From: Trueperaceae bacterium
GTDB taxonomy: Bacteria; Deinococcota; Deinococci; Deinococcales; Trueperaceae
Reading direction: 5' to 3'
DNA length: 64,000 nt
Assembly (NCBI GenBank): GCA_965213705.1
Contig: OZ243913.1
Span: 3,360,001-3,424,000 of the forward strand
In this document: one piece after another, positions 41,498 to 52,308 of the stretch
Position numbering within the stretch: position 1 is the stretch's first letter
How the letters are laid out: every line of letters starts with the position of its first letter
Notes under the pieces: generated by a model
Databases searched by the model: none
What the model saw: only the letters and a program-made list of their open reading frames with translations
Told to the model about the DNA's origin: nothing
Made by a program: the position numbers and the translations under genes

Positions 41498-41721
41498 TTT
41501 ACCTCCTGACTTAGTCCGCTTAGTTTAGCATGAGGCCGCGACTAAAACGCAGGTTTTTGGATGCAGCCCTCGGCTCCGATAGCTCGGGCGTAGTCTTGAA
41601 AATGCTGCCTCTTCGCTTTTGAAGGTAGCAAAGCTACCCTCTTCTCGCCGCAAAAAAAGAGACCCCGAAGGGTCTCCACAATCGCGTCGGCTGTTTTACA
41701 GGCTTTTTCAAGGGTATTGTC

Positions 41722-42273
41722 TTAAGGACGCGCGAACGTATCAAACAGGCCGAGCTGCCCCAAGACGTCAGCACGGTTATAGTAGTCACCAACGCTTACA
41801 ATACGGTCGCCTTTTAATTCGAAGATGGACACCGCCGGGACTGAGAAAGACTTACCGGTTCCCTCGACAGGTCCTAAACGAAGTGGCGTGCCACTGAAGA
41901 TCCACCTCACCGCGATGAGGCCGTCTGTTTGGAAGGTGTCGATAATCTCGACCTTGGTGTCGGGAATATTTTGGACGGTCAGCTCAACCCAGAATTCAAC
42001 ACCTTCTTTGCCTTCGACCTGGGCTTGAAATGCGTAATCTTGGTAGACACCGTCTTCCGTAAAAAGCGCGCTCATAGTTTGGGCGTCACCCGCGTTCCAA
42101 GCGTCCTGCCACGACTGCACGATCGGGGGAATGGGCCGCGCTGGGTTAGGTGGAGATGCTGGCTTAATAGGCCCAACCGGATTTTCCTGAGCGGTGGCGG
42201 ACAGAGGGGTTAAGACGAACAAGGCAAGAGCAGCAAGGATAAAGTGTCTCAAGAGGGTTGCTAGAAAATTCAT
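41722..42273 (-). CDS. Secreted SnoaL/NTF2-like protein
   Basis: Signal peptide; AWNAGD..LFTEDGVYQD, GDRIVSVGDYYN; start ATG 42273. Confidence 0.8.
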   Translation of the reverse strand: MNFLATLLRHFILAALALFVLTPLSATAQENPVGPIKPASPPNPARPIPPIVQSWQDAWNAGDAQTMSALFTEDGVYQDYAFQAQVEGKEGVEFWVELTVQNIPDTKVEIIDTFQTDGLIAVRWIFSGTPLRLGPVEGTGKSFSVPAVSIFELKGDRIVSVGDYYNRADVLGQLGLFDTFARP

Positions 42274-42420
42274 GGGTTGCTCCTTTCCGAAGCAGTTAGA
42301 GGTTCGAGCTAGTGTTTGAAAATTTTGCTGCGGCTGGGTTCGGACAAACCAGGGGGCCAAGGGTAAACCTCAACACAAGCCATTTGTCTATCAATGATAG
42401 AAAAATGTCAAAAAATCAAT

Positions 42421-43020
42421 TCATGATTGTACCTCCCAGCTTTTCATAAGAGCAGATAGAGCGTTCACGGCCAACACTTCGGCATGGTCGAAGCCGATGT
42501 CCTCAAGCGTACCCAAGGAGGCCATACCGTGCAGGATGCCCCAGCAGGTCTCACAGGCGGTAAGTGGGTCAGAAATGTGAATGTCTTTGGTGCTCGCCCA
42601 CTTCTCAACGGCTTGAGTCACAAAAGCGATCACGCCTAAAGCCGCAGTTTTGCGGGCATTGGGATCAAGTTGAACCCCACTAAGACCATTCATCAGTTCG
42701 TATAAGCGGGGTTGCTCCTTGGCAAAGCGCAGGTAGCTCCGGCCCACATTGAGTAGCTGTTCATCCGGTGTGTTTGGTTGGTTAGACGCCTCCATAACTC
42801 GACAAAGTGTCTCATAACCACGTTTCATTAAAACCTGCAGTGCAGCCTCCTTGTTGTCGAAGTGCTGATAGATGATAGGTGAGGTGTAGTCGATTTCGTC
42901 AGCAATATTTCGAATAGTGACAGCAGACCATCCTTCGCGGTTGGCAAGCTCGAGTGCAGCTTCTAGGATGCCCTCGCGGTTGGCGATGTGTTGTTTCTCT
43001 CTGCGTGTCAAAGTACTCAA
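42421..43020 (-). CDS. TetR/AcrR regulator with WHG domain
   Basis: N-terminal HTH (TIRNIADEIDYTSPIIYQHF), WGILHG. Confidence 0.9.
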   Translation of the reverse strand: MSTLTRREKQHIANREGILEAALELANREGWSAVTIRNIADEIDYTSPIIYQHFDNKEAALQVLMKRGYETLCRVMEASNQPNTPDEQLLNVGRSYLRFAKEQPRLYELMNGLSGVQLDPNARKTAALGVIAFVTQAVEKWASTKDIHISDPLTACETCWGILHGMASLGTLEDIGFDHAEVLAVNALSALMKSWEVQS

Positions 43021-43111
43021 AATATATCCTCGATTGGTAATTTATCATAGATATATGTTAGTGTCAATGTCCTCGTTTATAAGTTCTCGCTGTGTTTCGC
43101 TGTAAGGCACT

Positions 43112-43502
43112 GTGGGCTACTGTCACTTGCGCCAAGGTTTGAGGGTTTTTCGGGTAGACCGCTTAGGCAAGGTGAAACTGCTCGCGGCGACCTTTCAACC
43201 GCCCGACGGCTTTGACGCGGCCGCGTATGTCAGCCGCTCGGTGGCCTTAGTGCCGCTCGCCTACTCGGCCGAGATACTGCTTAAGACGAACTTAGAGAGC
43301 CCAGCACGAGCTTTATCCCAACTTTGTAACCTTGGAGCCTGTACTGGAGGGCGTCGTCATGTGTTGCACTACGGACAACCTCAGGTGGCTGGCGCGGTTA
43401 GTAGCCAGCTTCAGCTTTCCTTGGGAGGTGCGTGGGCCGCCTGAGTTGGAGGGGGCGCTGAGAGAGCACGCGGCGAGTATCTTGGCACAGCTTGTGAATT
43501 AA
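43112..43502 (+). pseudogene. Frameshifted WYL-domain (YafY/PafC-like) regulator fragment
   Basis: GYCHLRQGLRVFRVDR; second frame ends WLARL...VRGPPEL; N-terminal HTH missing. Confidence 0.8.
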
Positions 43503-43592
43503 CACCTTTTGCAGTTAACGCGCGTCTGTTGCAAAGGCTTAGCTTCATTTCGCCCAAAGGTCGACAGGTTATGTCTCTACTGAACCCACCCC

Positions 43593-43913
43593 TCAGCCCG
43601 TGCTAAACCCAAGCGCGAAGCGGATGGCGCGCTCGGCGTCGAGCATCTTTTCAAATGGCAGCGTGGCGATGAGTTCACCTACCTGCGCCTTGGGAATGGT
43701 CACAAGGTTGTCAAAGTTGGCTGCGCACGGGTTTAAGAGGCCGTCATCTTCGTCCAGGTACAGTTCTGAAGAAATGCCTCGCACCGTCGAGGTTACCGGC
43801 GCTACGGTCACAGCGTTGAGAAAGCCGAGGGCTGTGTCCTGAGTCAGCACGAGCACGGGCCGACGCTTGTCCGGTTGCTGAAAAGTGTACCAGCGCACCT
43901 CGCCACGCTTCAC
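43593..43913 (-). CDS. MazF/PemK family toxin
   Basis: MKRGEV, KRRPVLVL, VTVAPVTSTVRG. Confidence 0.92.
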   Translation of the reverse strand: MKRGEVRWYTFQQPDKRRPVLVLTQDTALGFLNAVTVAPVTSTVRGISSELYLDEDDGLLNPCAANFDNLVTIPKAQVGELIATLPFEKMLDAERAIRFALGFSTG

Positions 43914-44176
43914 GGCGTGCCTAGCACCTGCTCCGGGTAAAAGTCGGCGAACTCTTCTGCGCCGACCGGCTGCTGGGCGTAGCCTCGGGCGTGTCTGCGC
44001 TCGAGCTGCTCGACCTCTTCAGGCATGAAGGTTGCGGGCATCAGGTCTCGTGCTAAGTCCTCGAGCTGTCGGGACACGCTGCCCTGACCCTTGGCGCTGC
44101 GAATCTTTAAGAACTCCAGTACCTCTGAAGACAAGTAGATAGTGGTTCGTTTTTTCGTCGCCTCTGCTTGATTCAT
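43910..44176 (-). CDS. Putative ribbon-helix-helix antitoxin
   Basis: KRTTIYLS strand followed by helices and an acidic tail; 4-nt overlap with the toxin; CATGATG-A-CATCATG inverted repeat upstream. Confidence 0.75.
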   Translation of the reverse strand: MNQAEATKKRTTIYLSSEVLEFLKIRSAKGQGSVSRQLEDLARDLMPATFMPEEVEQLERRHARGYAQQPVGAEEFADFYPEQVLGTP

Positions 44177-44407
44177 AGGGACATTATAACATGATGACAT
44201 CATGATGTTGCTTGTCTGTGACCGCTCGAGGTGCTGTGCAGCTGGAGTAGGTGAGGTTGTTTAGACACCTGAGCGAAGGAATCGGCAGAGATTGATGGAC
44301 TGTATATAAAATAGATCATCTATAGTGGAGGGATTTGAGAATCACTTTTATCAGAAGTTGGGTGGGTTAGGGTTTGGTTGATGGCTCGAGGCGTAAGTTG
44401 GGTGTAG

Positions 44408-44719
44408 TCAGGTTTGGTTAAGCGGTTTCTTCAGGGCCTCGTCGAACCAGCCTGCTTCGTAAGCGCCGGAGAGGTGCATGACGTTCCTGAACTTGAAGCC
44501 GACGACCGAGGGGGCAACCTCGTCGGTCAGCTCGAGCCAGTTCGACAGGTCGTCCTCGCTGAAGCCGTCGTAACCGCCACCTTCGAAGATAAAGCTGTAG
44601 CCGGGGCGCTCGCCTATCCGGTAAACCTCGTAGCAGACGCCGCGCTCGCCGCTGTTCCACAAGGCGCTAGCGCGCTTGGCGTAGGCGATGGTGCCGGTGT
44701 GGGGGATGAGGTGGGTCAT
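44408..44719 (-). CDS. Hypothetical protein
   Basis: 103-aa ORF with AAAGG RBS and globular-looking composition (GYSFIFEGGGYDGFS). Confidence 0.6.
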   Translation of the reverse strand: MTHLIPHTGTIAYAKRASALWNSGERGVCYEVYRIGERPGYSFIFEGGGYDGFSEDDLSNWLELTDEVAPSVVGFKFRNVMHLSGAYEAGWFDEALKKPLNQT

Positions 44720-45146
44720 GGCTGCCTTTCTGGCTCGAGGGCCTCGAGCTCGGCGAGCACTTTCGCAAACGTTTAGTCACTCACGGCCCTGCTCGAGCGC
44801 ACCTGTTAATTGGCCGCGTGTCACACCCTGGGCCATGACGAAGCGGACTGCTTCAGCCGTACTCGAAAGAAGACGCTCGGCGGCATCTGCTAACTTGTCC
44901 ATGCACCACTGGCTCATAATGGTTTAGTGTGTCAGGAGTTGGCGCAGATAGCTAGAAATGACGTGCAGGACGTTGGGGAACGTTCTTTTGTCGTCAAGCA
45001 ATGTAATCTTGATAATTGATTCTACTTCACAGGTAGGTGGGGGGTTCCTGCGTTTTTGGTCGGCGGCTACAATGCAACTGAGTTGAGGAATGTCGTCTCG
45101 AACAAGAATTGTGGGTGTTGTACCTTTGATGAGTCATTTTTATATG

Positions 45147-45925
45147 GGTAGTGGCCCACCATCAACTGACAGCAGCACGCTCAAGATTGTAGCGGACCAA
45201 GAACAGATGCAAGCAAATGAGGTGCATGTGTTCGGACTTGGAGAAGGATAAGGTCTTTCTGACAAAGCGCGCTAGGCGTTGGCGGATAGTATTGTTAAAG
45301 CGCTCGACGTGTGCTGTAAGCCCTGAGTCTTTACCAACAGCTTGATGCTGTTCATCGGGAACGACGGCCTGATAAGCTTCCCAGAAGTCACTAAACACCG
45401 TGCCTTGTTTATAAGCATCTGGGATGTTACGCCAAAGTTTTTGACAAGTAGCAATGCCACGTCCACCTACAACACAAGCGACCACCTGGCGTGTCTGCTT
45501 ACAAAGCGCTATCCAGGCCCACCGTTTGTTACGTCTACATCGAACAAATGACCACATCTCGTCGAGTTCGAGTTGCACCGCTTCAGGGTTCTCGGGCGTA
45601 ACTAGTGTGGCGCTAAGCGGCGGTGTCGTCGCGGCTTTTTTTGAGCCATTTCGCTATTGTGGTGCGGGACACGCCGAATGTTCTGGTCAGCCCACGCATA
45701 CTAGAGCGCTCCTGATACGACTTCAGTATCTCATCTTTCTTCGCTTCGCTGTACCCTTTAGTGCTCGCGTTCTCGCGACTGGACTTGCCGCACGCTCGAC
45801 ACAGGTACTTTTGCTTGCCGTTTGGTGCATGACCGTTCTTGACAAGCTCTTCGCTCTCGCAGTGGCAGCAACGTACAACTTTGGTGACCATTCCTTAGCT
45901 TATCAGTCTTTGCTAAACCACTACC
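45147..45925 (-). mobile_element. Intact IS1-family element with 8-bp target duplication
   Basis: Terminal IRs GGTAGTGG / CCACTACC; TSD TTTATATG at 45139-45146 and 45926-45933; insA 45613-45891 and insB joined by an A7 slippery run. Confidence 0.95.
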
Positions 45926-46326
45926 TTTATATGTTCTCAAAACTCATGTTTAGCATCAAGATTTCAGCTAATAGTTTTAAGAAAGGTTTTTGAGACGAAG
46001 AGGCACCCATTCTTGCGTCTTATAATCCGCTCTCAATAAATGTCCTCAAAATTGACCGTTTGTGGGACGACGCTCAAAAGACTTGGTAGGCCGCAGAAAC
46101 GTTCCAGCAATTCCCAGACAAGTGGGCAGCTAGTCACGGGGTGAGCGGCGGCAGAGAAGTTCGGTGAAGTTGACCCTAGTGACGCTACCTGAAAGGAAGA
46201 AAATAAGATAGTTTGCCAAAAACACCGACTGTTTGACCGAGGCTCGGAATGGTTATCGTTCAGTCGATGTTGTTCGAAGAAATGTCAATGCTAGATGGGA
46301 GGATGGTCCAGCCTTGAAAGAGGTGG

Positions 46327-47226
46327 CTATCCTTTGACCGACCCGGCCAGAATGCCCCGTACAAAGTAGCGTTGTAGGCTGAAAAACAACACCAGCGGCA
46401 GCAACATCGAAACGAACGCGGCAGCCGTCAGCACTTGCCAGCCCCCACCTAAGGAACTTACCAAGTTGCTGATGGCGACGGTCATGGGCGCTACTTTCGG
46501 CGTGCCTCCTAAGTAGATGAGCGCCACCAAAAGGTCGTTCCATACCCACAGGAACTGAAAAATAGCCAGTGAGGCGAGTGCGGACACGGACAAGGGAAGC
46601 ACGAGGTAGAAAAAACTTGTGAACCGCGACGCGCCGTCGAGATAAGCGGACTCGAGCATGTCTTTGGGCAACGCGCCAAAAAAGTTTCTCAGTAGATAGA
46701 TGGCGAAAGGTAGGCCGTAACCCGTATGGGCGAGCCAGATGCCGAGAAACGACCCGGTAAGCCCCGTGACGTTGTAGAGCCGTAAAACTGGTATCAGCGT
46801 CATTTGGATGGGCACGACCAGCAAACCGACGACCAAAACGAACAGCGCGTCCCGGCCTGGAAAGTTCATCCAGGCGAAAGCGTAGGCGGCGAACGCCGCA
46901 ACCATAACCGTGATGACCGTAGCGGGCACGGAAATAAACAGGCTGTTGAAAAAACTCTGCCCCAGGCCCGAGGTGGTGAGCGCTTCGCGGTAAAGGTCGA
47001 GCGTGAAGGTAAAAGGCAACTCAAACGCCGTCCACCAACCCGTCGTGGCGACGAGGTTGGCCGGCCGAAACGAACTGACCAGCAGCGCGACGGTAGGCGT
47101 CATCCACACCAGGCAGATGACCACCACGGTAAGGGTGACCGCCCCGCGACTTAAAAACCGCGCCGCCCGCCCAGTCACGCCCAAAGCGTCTTTTCTGGGG
47201 ATGCGTTTGGTCCCCGAAGCCTTCAC
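46327..47226 (-). CDS. Carbohydrate ABC transporter permease (MalG/AglG-like)
   Basis: ESAYLDGA EAA motif, FQFLWVWNDLL, LQRYFVRG. Confidence 0.93.
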   Translation of the reverse strand: MKASGTKRIPRKDALGVTGRAARFLSRGAVTLTVVVICLVWMTPTVALLVSSFRPANLVATTGWWTAFELPFTFTLDLYREALTTSGLGQSFFNSLFISVPATVITVMVAAFAAYAFAWMNFPGRDALFVLVVGLLVVPIQMTLIPVLRLYNVTGLTGSFLGIWLAHTGYGLPFAIYLLRNFFGALPKDMLESAYLDGASRFTSFFYLVLPLSVSALASLAIFQFLWVWNDLLVALIYLGGTPKVAPMTVAISNLVSSLGGGWQVLTAAAFVSMLLPLVLFFSLQRYFVRGILAGSVKG

Positions 47227-48194
47227 CGCCGCGCCTCTTGTTCACGAAAGCGGCGCACGTTGAAAAGCATGATGGGTACGATGGCGGCCAACAGAAGGAC
47301 AGCGATGGCGCTAGCCCGGCCAAAATGGTTGTAGTTGAACATTTCTTTGTACATCCGGTTCGCGAGCACGTCGGTGTCAAAGTTACCGTTGGTCATCACG
47401 TAAACGATGTCGAACGCCTTCAGGGCGAAAATCAGCATCGTCGTCGCCACGACGGCGAGGGTGGAACTGATCATGGGCACGGTCACGAGCCGAAACAGTT
47501 GCCACTCGTTCGCCCCGTCGATGCGCGCGGCGTCTAAGACATCTTTTGAAACGCCTTTCAAGGCTGCCGACAGAATAACCACCGCAAAGCCCGTCCAGGT
47601 CCAAACGCCCACGGCGATGAGGGCCGTGTTGTTGGTCACCGCGTTGACGAGCCAGGCGACCGGTTCACCGTTCAGGGCCGTCACCAGCCCGTTAAGGGTG
47701 CCCGTTTGGGCACGGCCCGCGGGTTGATAGTCGTACATCAGCTTCCAGATAACGCCGGCTGCGACGAACGAAATCGCCATAGGCAAAAACACCATCGCCT
47801 TGGCAACACCTTCAAAGCGAACCCGGTCGAACAAAACGGCGAACGCCAACCCGAAGCCCACCGTGAAGCCGGTCAGGAGCAGCAGCCAGAGTGCGTTGTT
47901 TTTTAGCGCGCTCAAGACGCCTCGGCTCGTGAAGACGTGCCGGTAGTTTTCCAAACCCACAAAAGCGCTCGAGTTCGCGTTTTGAAAACTCAGGTAAATC
48001 GTGTTGAAAGTAGGATAAACCAGAAAAACGGTCAAAAATAATAGGGCAGGCCCCGCCCATAGCCAGGGCGCGACGCGCTTGCCGTTGGAACCGGGCAACC
48101 GCGAAGCAACCGCGTCCGCTGCGGCCACGTAGGCCAAAAGCACCAGCGGAACGCAGACAACCACAAACATAGAGACAAAAAGTCGCTGTGTCAT
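47223..48194 (-). CDS. Carbohydrate ABC transporter permease (MalF/AglF-like)
   Basis: FVGLENY, PMAISFV, DAARIDGA. Confidence 0.93.
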   Translation of the reverse strand: MTQRLFVSMFVVVCVPLVLLAYVAAADAVASRLPGSNGKRVAPWLWAGPALLFLTVFLVYPTFNTIYLSFQNANSSAFVGLENYRHVFTSRGVLSALKNNALWLLLLTGFTVGFGLAFAVLFDRVRFEGVAKAMVFLPMAISFVAAGVIWKLMYDYQPAGRAQTGTLNGLVTALNGEPVAWLVNAVTNNTALIAVGVWTWTGFAVVILSAALKGVSKDVLDAARIDGANEWQLFRLVTVPMISSTLAVVATTMLIFALKAFDIVYVMTNGNFDTDVLANRMYKEMFNYNHFGRASAIAVLLLAAIVPIMLFNVRRFREQEARR

Positions 48195-48237
48195 AAGGGT
48201 GGCCGGGGTCCTAAATGACTTAGGACCCCGAAGACAC

Positions 48238-49545
48238 TTAGTCCGCGTACGCGTCTTCGCGCACGGCGTCGAGGTTTTTAAGAATGCTGTCTAGGTTGTC
48301 CGGGCTTTGAATATACTCGAGCACGGCCTGCCAGAAAGCGTTGTTGACCGCCTCGGGCATCAGGTCCGACGCGTCGAAGGCGGCGACGTCCGCACCCACG
48401 AGCAGTTCGGCAGCTCGCCGCGACAGGCTGTCGGGGTAACTGTCCAAGGAGACGCTTTGGTTGGGCGAAATGGCCCCACCGCGCCCAACCCAAATGGCCT
48501 GCGCCTCGGGCGTGACCAGGTAGCGGATAAGCGCGCGTGCTTGCGGCGTGTCGTTGAACATGCCGAACAAGTCACCGGCCGTAACCGTGCTGCTGGGCGC
48601 GTCCTCACCAAAGCCGGGAAACCCAAAAAAGCTGAAGTCGGTGCCCGGCTCTAAGTCGGGATTGTTCTGCACAAAAAAGTCGGCTATGAAGCTCGCTTGG
48701 TGCGCAAAGACGCATTCGGGCGGGTCGGTGAAAAGCCCGTCGCCCACGTTGCCAAAGTTGGTGGTAAGCGCGTTGACCGGCCCGCCGAAAACCACGCCGT
48801 CGGTCGCGACGATTTCTCCCCAGGTCTCGAAGGCGCTTTTGATTTCCGGTGACGTCCAAGCAAGGTCGCCTTGCCACCAGCGGTTGTAAACGTCGATGCC
48901 GGACTGACGCAAGACGATGTCTTCCAACCAGTCCGTGCCCGGCCAGCCGCTCGCCGCGCCACTCTCGAGCGCTACGCACCAAGGGGTGACGCCCTCGCTT
49001 GCGAGGCTGTCAGACGCAGCCATGAGGTCGCTCCAGGTGGTGAACGGCGCACTTAGACCGTTGTCTTCCAGGGTTTGCGGGTCGTACCAGATGAGGCCCT
49101 TGACGGCCGCTTTTATAAATACCCCTACGAGCTTGCCGTCTACCGTGCCAAGCTCGAGCCAGGTCGGGGCGTATTCGCTCTCGTAGCTGTCCATGTCGAG
49201 AACGGTACCGAGGTCGACAAAGCTGCCCTGCTGGGCGAACTTGGCAATTTGGCCCGGTCCGGGCAGCCCGGCGACGTCGGGCGGGTTGCCACCTTGAACG
49301 CGCGTCGTGAGGACGGCGGCCAGGTCGCGCGTTCCTTCGTACTCGACCGTGATGCCCGTCGCCTCTTCGAACGGCGCGACCATCGCCCGAAATGAGTCGA
49401 GCTCGCCGCCACCCCAAGTCGCCAACACCGTGACAGTTCCACCCGACGTGCCGTCAGCCGCCGCCAGGGCCGCTTCCTCCGGGGTCTGGGCTACCCCGAA
49501 GAACAAGAACGCTGCGAGGACGGAAGTGTAAAGTTTTTTTCTCAT
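48238..49545 (-). CDS. Carbohydrate ABC substrate-binding protein (AglE-like)
   Basis: GNPPDVA, ESGAASGWPGTDWLED, HQASFI, FDASDLMP. Confidence 0.92.
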   Translation of the reverse strand: MRKKLYTSVLAAFLFFGVAQTPEEAALAAADGTSGGTVTVLATWGGGELDSFRAMVAPFEEATGITVEYEGTRDLAAVLTTRVQGGNPPDVAGLPGPGQIAKFAQQGSFVDLGTVLDMDSYESEYAPTWLELGTVDGKLVGVFIKAAVKGLIWYDPQTLEDNGLSAPFTTWSDLMAASDSLASEGVTPWCVALESGAASGWPGTDWLEDIVLRQSGIDVYNRWWQGDLAWTSPEIKSAFETWGEIVATDGVVFGGPVNALTTNFGNVGDGLFTDPPECVFAHQASFIADFFVQNNPDLEPGTDFSFFGFPGFGEDAPSSTVTAGDLFGMFNDTPQARALIRYLVTPEAQAIWVGRGGAISPNQSVSLDSYPDSLSRRAAELLVGADVAAFDASDLMPEAVNNAFWQAVLEYIQSPDNLDSILKNLDAVREDAYAD

Positions 49546-49649
49546 AATTATCCTTTCGAACCGAGTTTATAGAACACGAACTTGGCAAACTTTTTGAGGT
49601 GTTTTACCGTTGAGCTGCGTCACCCGAGCTGTGTCGCCACGGCAGAGCC

Positions 49650-50654
49650 TCACCTCCTCGCCGTGGTGTGCCGCGCAACCAGGCGGACGGGGACCTGAAC
49701 TCCCCGCGCGGGCGTTCCCTCCAGCGCTTCTCTCAAGAGAACGACCGTGGTGGCGGCGATTTCTCGGATGTCTTGCCTGACGGTCGTGAGTGCCCCGCCA
49801 AGCTCGGGCATGTCGTCGAAACCGACGACGGAAACGTCCCCCGGAACCCGGTAACCTTGTTCTTCAACGGCCCTGACGACGCCAACCGCCATTTCGTCGG
49901 TCAGTGCGAAGACACCGGTGAAGTCGTGCGTTTTGAGGGCTCGTTGCACGGCTAGAAACGCGCCGAGCGTCGTGAAGTCGCAGCGCGCAACGTAGAACTC
50001 GGCGTCTTTGTACGGCTCGAGCGCAGCTCTGAACCCCTGTAACCGCTGCGCGTCGCCGTGTTTTGGATAGCTTGCCGAAAGCAGGTCGCTGGGGCGTTTT
50101 TCGCCCATCACCACCAGAACTTTTCGGTGGCCGAGCTTCATGAGATGGTCACCCGCCTGCCGGCCCCCGTCAAAGTCGTCGGGACACACCCAACGCTCCC
50201 CCTCGACTTTGCCCATGACGACGAACGGTATCCCAGCTGTGCGCAAGTAAGAAAGCCGGGGGTCCTCGTCGTAAACCCCTGTCAGCACCAATGCGTCGGC
50301 GAGGTGCTCGGGCAAGCCGTCAGGCTTTGAAGGTACGTCGGTTATGCGGAAGCCGCTGGAAGCGAGTCCCTTAGCAAAATAGTCGCGAAAAAGCATGGCG
50401 TAAGGGATGAGACGACGGTTGCCGTAAGCCTCGTTCAAACCGATCTGTAAAATCCGGCCGCGAGACAGCTCCTGCGCGACGGGGTCCGGGCTGTAGCCGA
50501 GTTTGGTGATGGCGCGTAAAACTCGCGCTTCGGTAGAGGACGTTACGCCTCCTTTACCGTTGACGACGCGACTGACCGTGCTTTTGGCAACGCCCGCCTG
50601 CTTCGCAACCGTTGCGATGGTTGCTCGAGCAGGTCTATCCTCAGTCTTAGTCAC
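49650..50654 (-). CDS. LacI family regulator
   Basis: TIATVAKQAGVAKSTVSRVVN, VSVVGFDD, LTTVRQD. Confidence 0.93.
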   Translation of the reverse strand: MTKTEDRPARATIATVAKQAGVAKSTVSRVVNGKGGVTSSTEARVLRAITKLGYSPDPVAQELSRGRILQIGLNEAYGNRRLIPYAMLFRDYFAKGLASSGFRITDVPSKPDGLPEHLADALVLTGVYDEDPRLSYLRTAGIPFVVMGKVEGERWVCPDDFDGGRQAGDHLMKLGHRKVLVVMGEKRPSDLLSASYPKHGDAQRLQGFRAALEPYKDAEFYVARCDFTTLGAFLAVQRALKTHDFTGVFALTDEMAVGVVRAVEEQGYRVPGDVSVVGFDDMPELGGALTTVRQDIREIAATTVVLLREALEGTPARGVQVPVRLVARHTTARR

Positions 50655-50829
50655 GATGACTCTCCAATGTTTCGAACCGGTTTTATTCTTCTTGAGCCGG
50701 AGTATAATGGTTGAGCCACAGCACTGTCAAGTCTGTTCAATGCCTCAGACTCTTGAGTTGTGAACTATAAAACCAATAATTTCAACAATTTGGCTTGCCT
50801 GTTGACGAAGATGCTGGTTTTTATTTATA

Positions 50830-50845
50830 ATAAAACCGGTTTTAT
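50830..50845. promoter_or_regulatory. Perfect 16-bp palindrome, probable LacI operator
   Basis: ATAAAACCGGTTTTAT; related sites TCGAACCGGTTTTAT (~50672) and TCGAACCGAGTTTAT (~49556). Confidence 0.75.
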
Positions 50846-50855
50846 AGAGGAGTTT

Positions 50856-52118
50856 ATGAGCGAGCCCATTACGGTGATAGTTCTCGGGGCTGGCAACCGA
50901 GGTCGGGTCTACGCGTCTTACGCAGAAAGGCATCCTGAAGACGTCAGGGTGGTTGCGGTGGCGGAACCAAAAGACGCCTACAGAAACGCTTTGGCAGACC
51001 GTCACGGGCTTTCTCGAGAGAACACCTTTGTCGCTTGGGAAGACGTAGCTAAAAAACCGAAGTTTGCGGACGCCGTCGTCATCGCGACGCCGGACGCAGA
51101 ACACGTGGGGCCGGTTCTTGCCTTTGCAGAGAAAGGTTACGCCCTTCTGCTCGAAAAACCGATGGCTCCTACGGCGGAAGAGTGCGTGGCAATCGTTGCC
51201 GCGGTAAAGCGTCACCAGGTTTTGTTCGCGGTCGGGCACGTGTTGCGCTACACACCCTATACGCAAACGCTCAAGCGACTCTTGGCGGAAGGAGCTGTCG
51301 GCGAGGTGATGTCTTTGCAGCACTTGGAGCCGGTAGGCTACTGGCACCAAGCACATTCTTACGTGCGCGGCAACTGGCGAAACGCCGGGGTGTCGTCGCC
51401 CATGTTGCTCGCTAAGTCTTGCCATGACCTGGACTGGATTCGTTACGTCATGGGAAAACGCTGCGTTGCGGTCAGTTCGTTCGGTGCGCTCAGCCACTTC
51501 AAGCGCGCCAACAAACCTCCCGAGGCAGAAGACGCCAAGCGCTGTCTGGAGTGTGCTTACGAACCCGACTGTCCTTACTCGGCAAAGCGTATCTACCTTG
51601 GCATGGTCGAGCAGGGCGAAAAGGGGATGCCCCTCACCGCGCTCACACTCGACACCAGCAAAGAAGGCGTGACGGAAGCGCTCCGAGTGGGACCTTACGG
51701 GCGCTGCGTGTATGAGTGCGACAATGACGTCGTGGATCACCAGGTCGTCAACATGATGTTCGAGGACCAGCGGACGGCCTCTTTCACGATGACCGGCTTT
51801 ACCAAACTGCGGCACCGGCAGACCGGCATTTTTGGAACGCGAGGTGAAATCCGGGGAGACGGCCTAACGCTCACCGTCTACGATTTTCTCACCCGGACGT
51901 TGCGCACAGTGAGCAGTGTAGAAGGCCTCAGCGACGCCGACTCCACCCTCGAGGGACACGGCGGTGGCGACGAGGGGCTTATGGCGGCGTTTGTGCGCGC
52001 CGTTTCGGAAAAGGACGGCAGCTACTTACTGTCCGGCCCCGACGAAACCCTCGAGTCTCACCTCACCGTTTTCGCGGCAGAGCGTTCCCGACTGGAAGGT
52101 CGAACAGTAAATCTCTGA
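50856..52118 (+). CDS. Gfo/Idh/MocA family oxidoreductase
   Basis: GAGNRG, LLEKP, HSYVRGNW, KSCHDLD, HGGGD; GAGGAG RBS. Confidence 0.92.
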   Translation: MSEPITVIVLGAGNRGRVYASYAERHPEDVRVVAVAEPKDAYRNALADRHGLSRENTFVAWEDVAKKPKFADAVVIATPDAEHVGPVLAFAEKGYALLLEKPMAPTAEECVAIVAAVKRHQVLFAVGHVLRYTPYTQTLKRLLAEGAVGEVMSLQHLEPVGYWHQAHSYVRGNWRNAGVSSPMLLAKSCHDLDWIRYVMGKRCVAVSSFGALSHFKRANKPPEAEDAKRCLECAYEPDCPYSAKRIYLGMVEQGEKGMPLTALTLDTSKEGVTEALRVGPYGRCVYECDNDVVDHQVVNMMFEDQRTASFTMTGFTKLRHRQTGIFGTRGEIRGDGLTLTVYDFLTRTLRTVSSVEGLSDADSTLEGHGGGDEGLMAAFVRAVSEKDGSYLLSGPDETLESHLTVFAAERSRLEGRTVNL

Positions 52119-52308
52119 GATAAACTTTGCTGGGTTGACAGGCGTTCTCACAGCTCCACTCAATTTTGTGCCCCGCTACTTGCAACCTTCTTCTATCGGG
52201 AGCAATTGGTTCCAGGCTTCCTGCTTCCCTTCGGTCGTGGAACATCTTTCGTAAGGGGTAACGCAAATCTTTTTGGGTTTGAGCACGGGGTTTGTGTATA
52301 GCGTAGTA

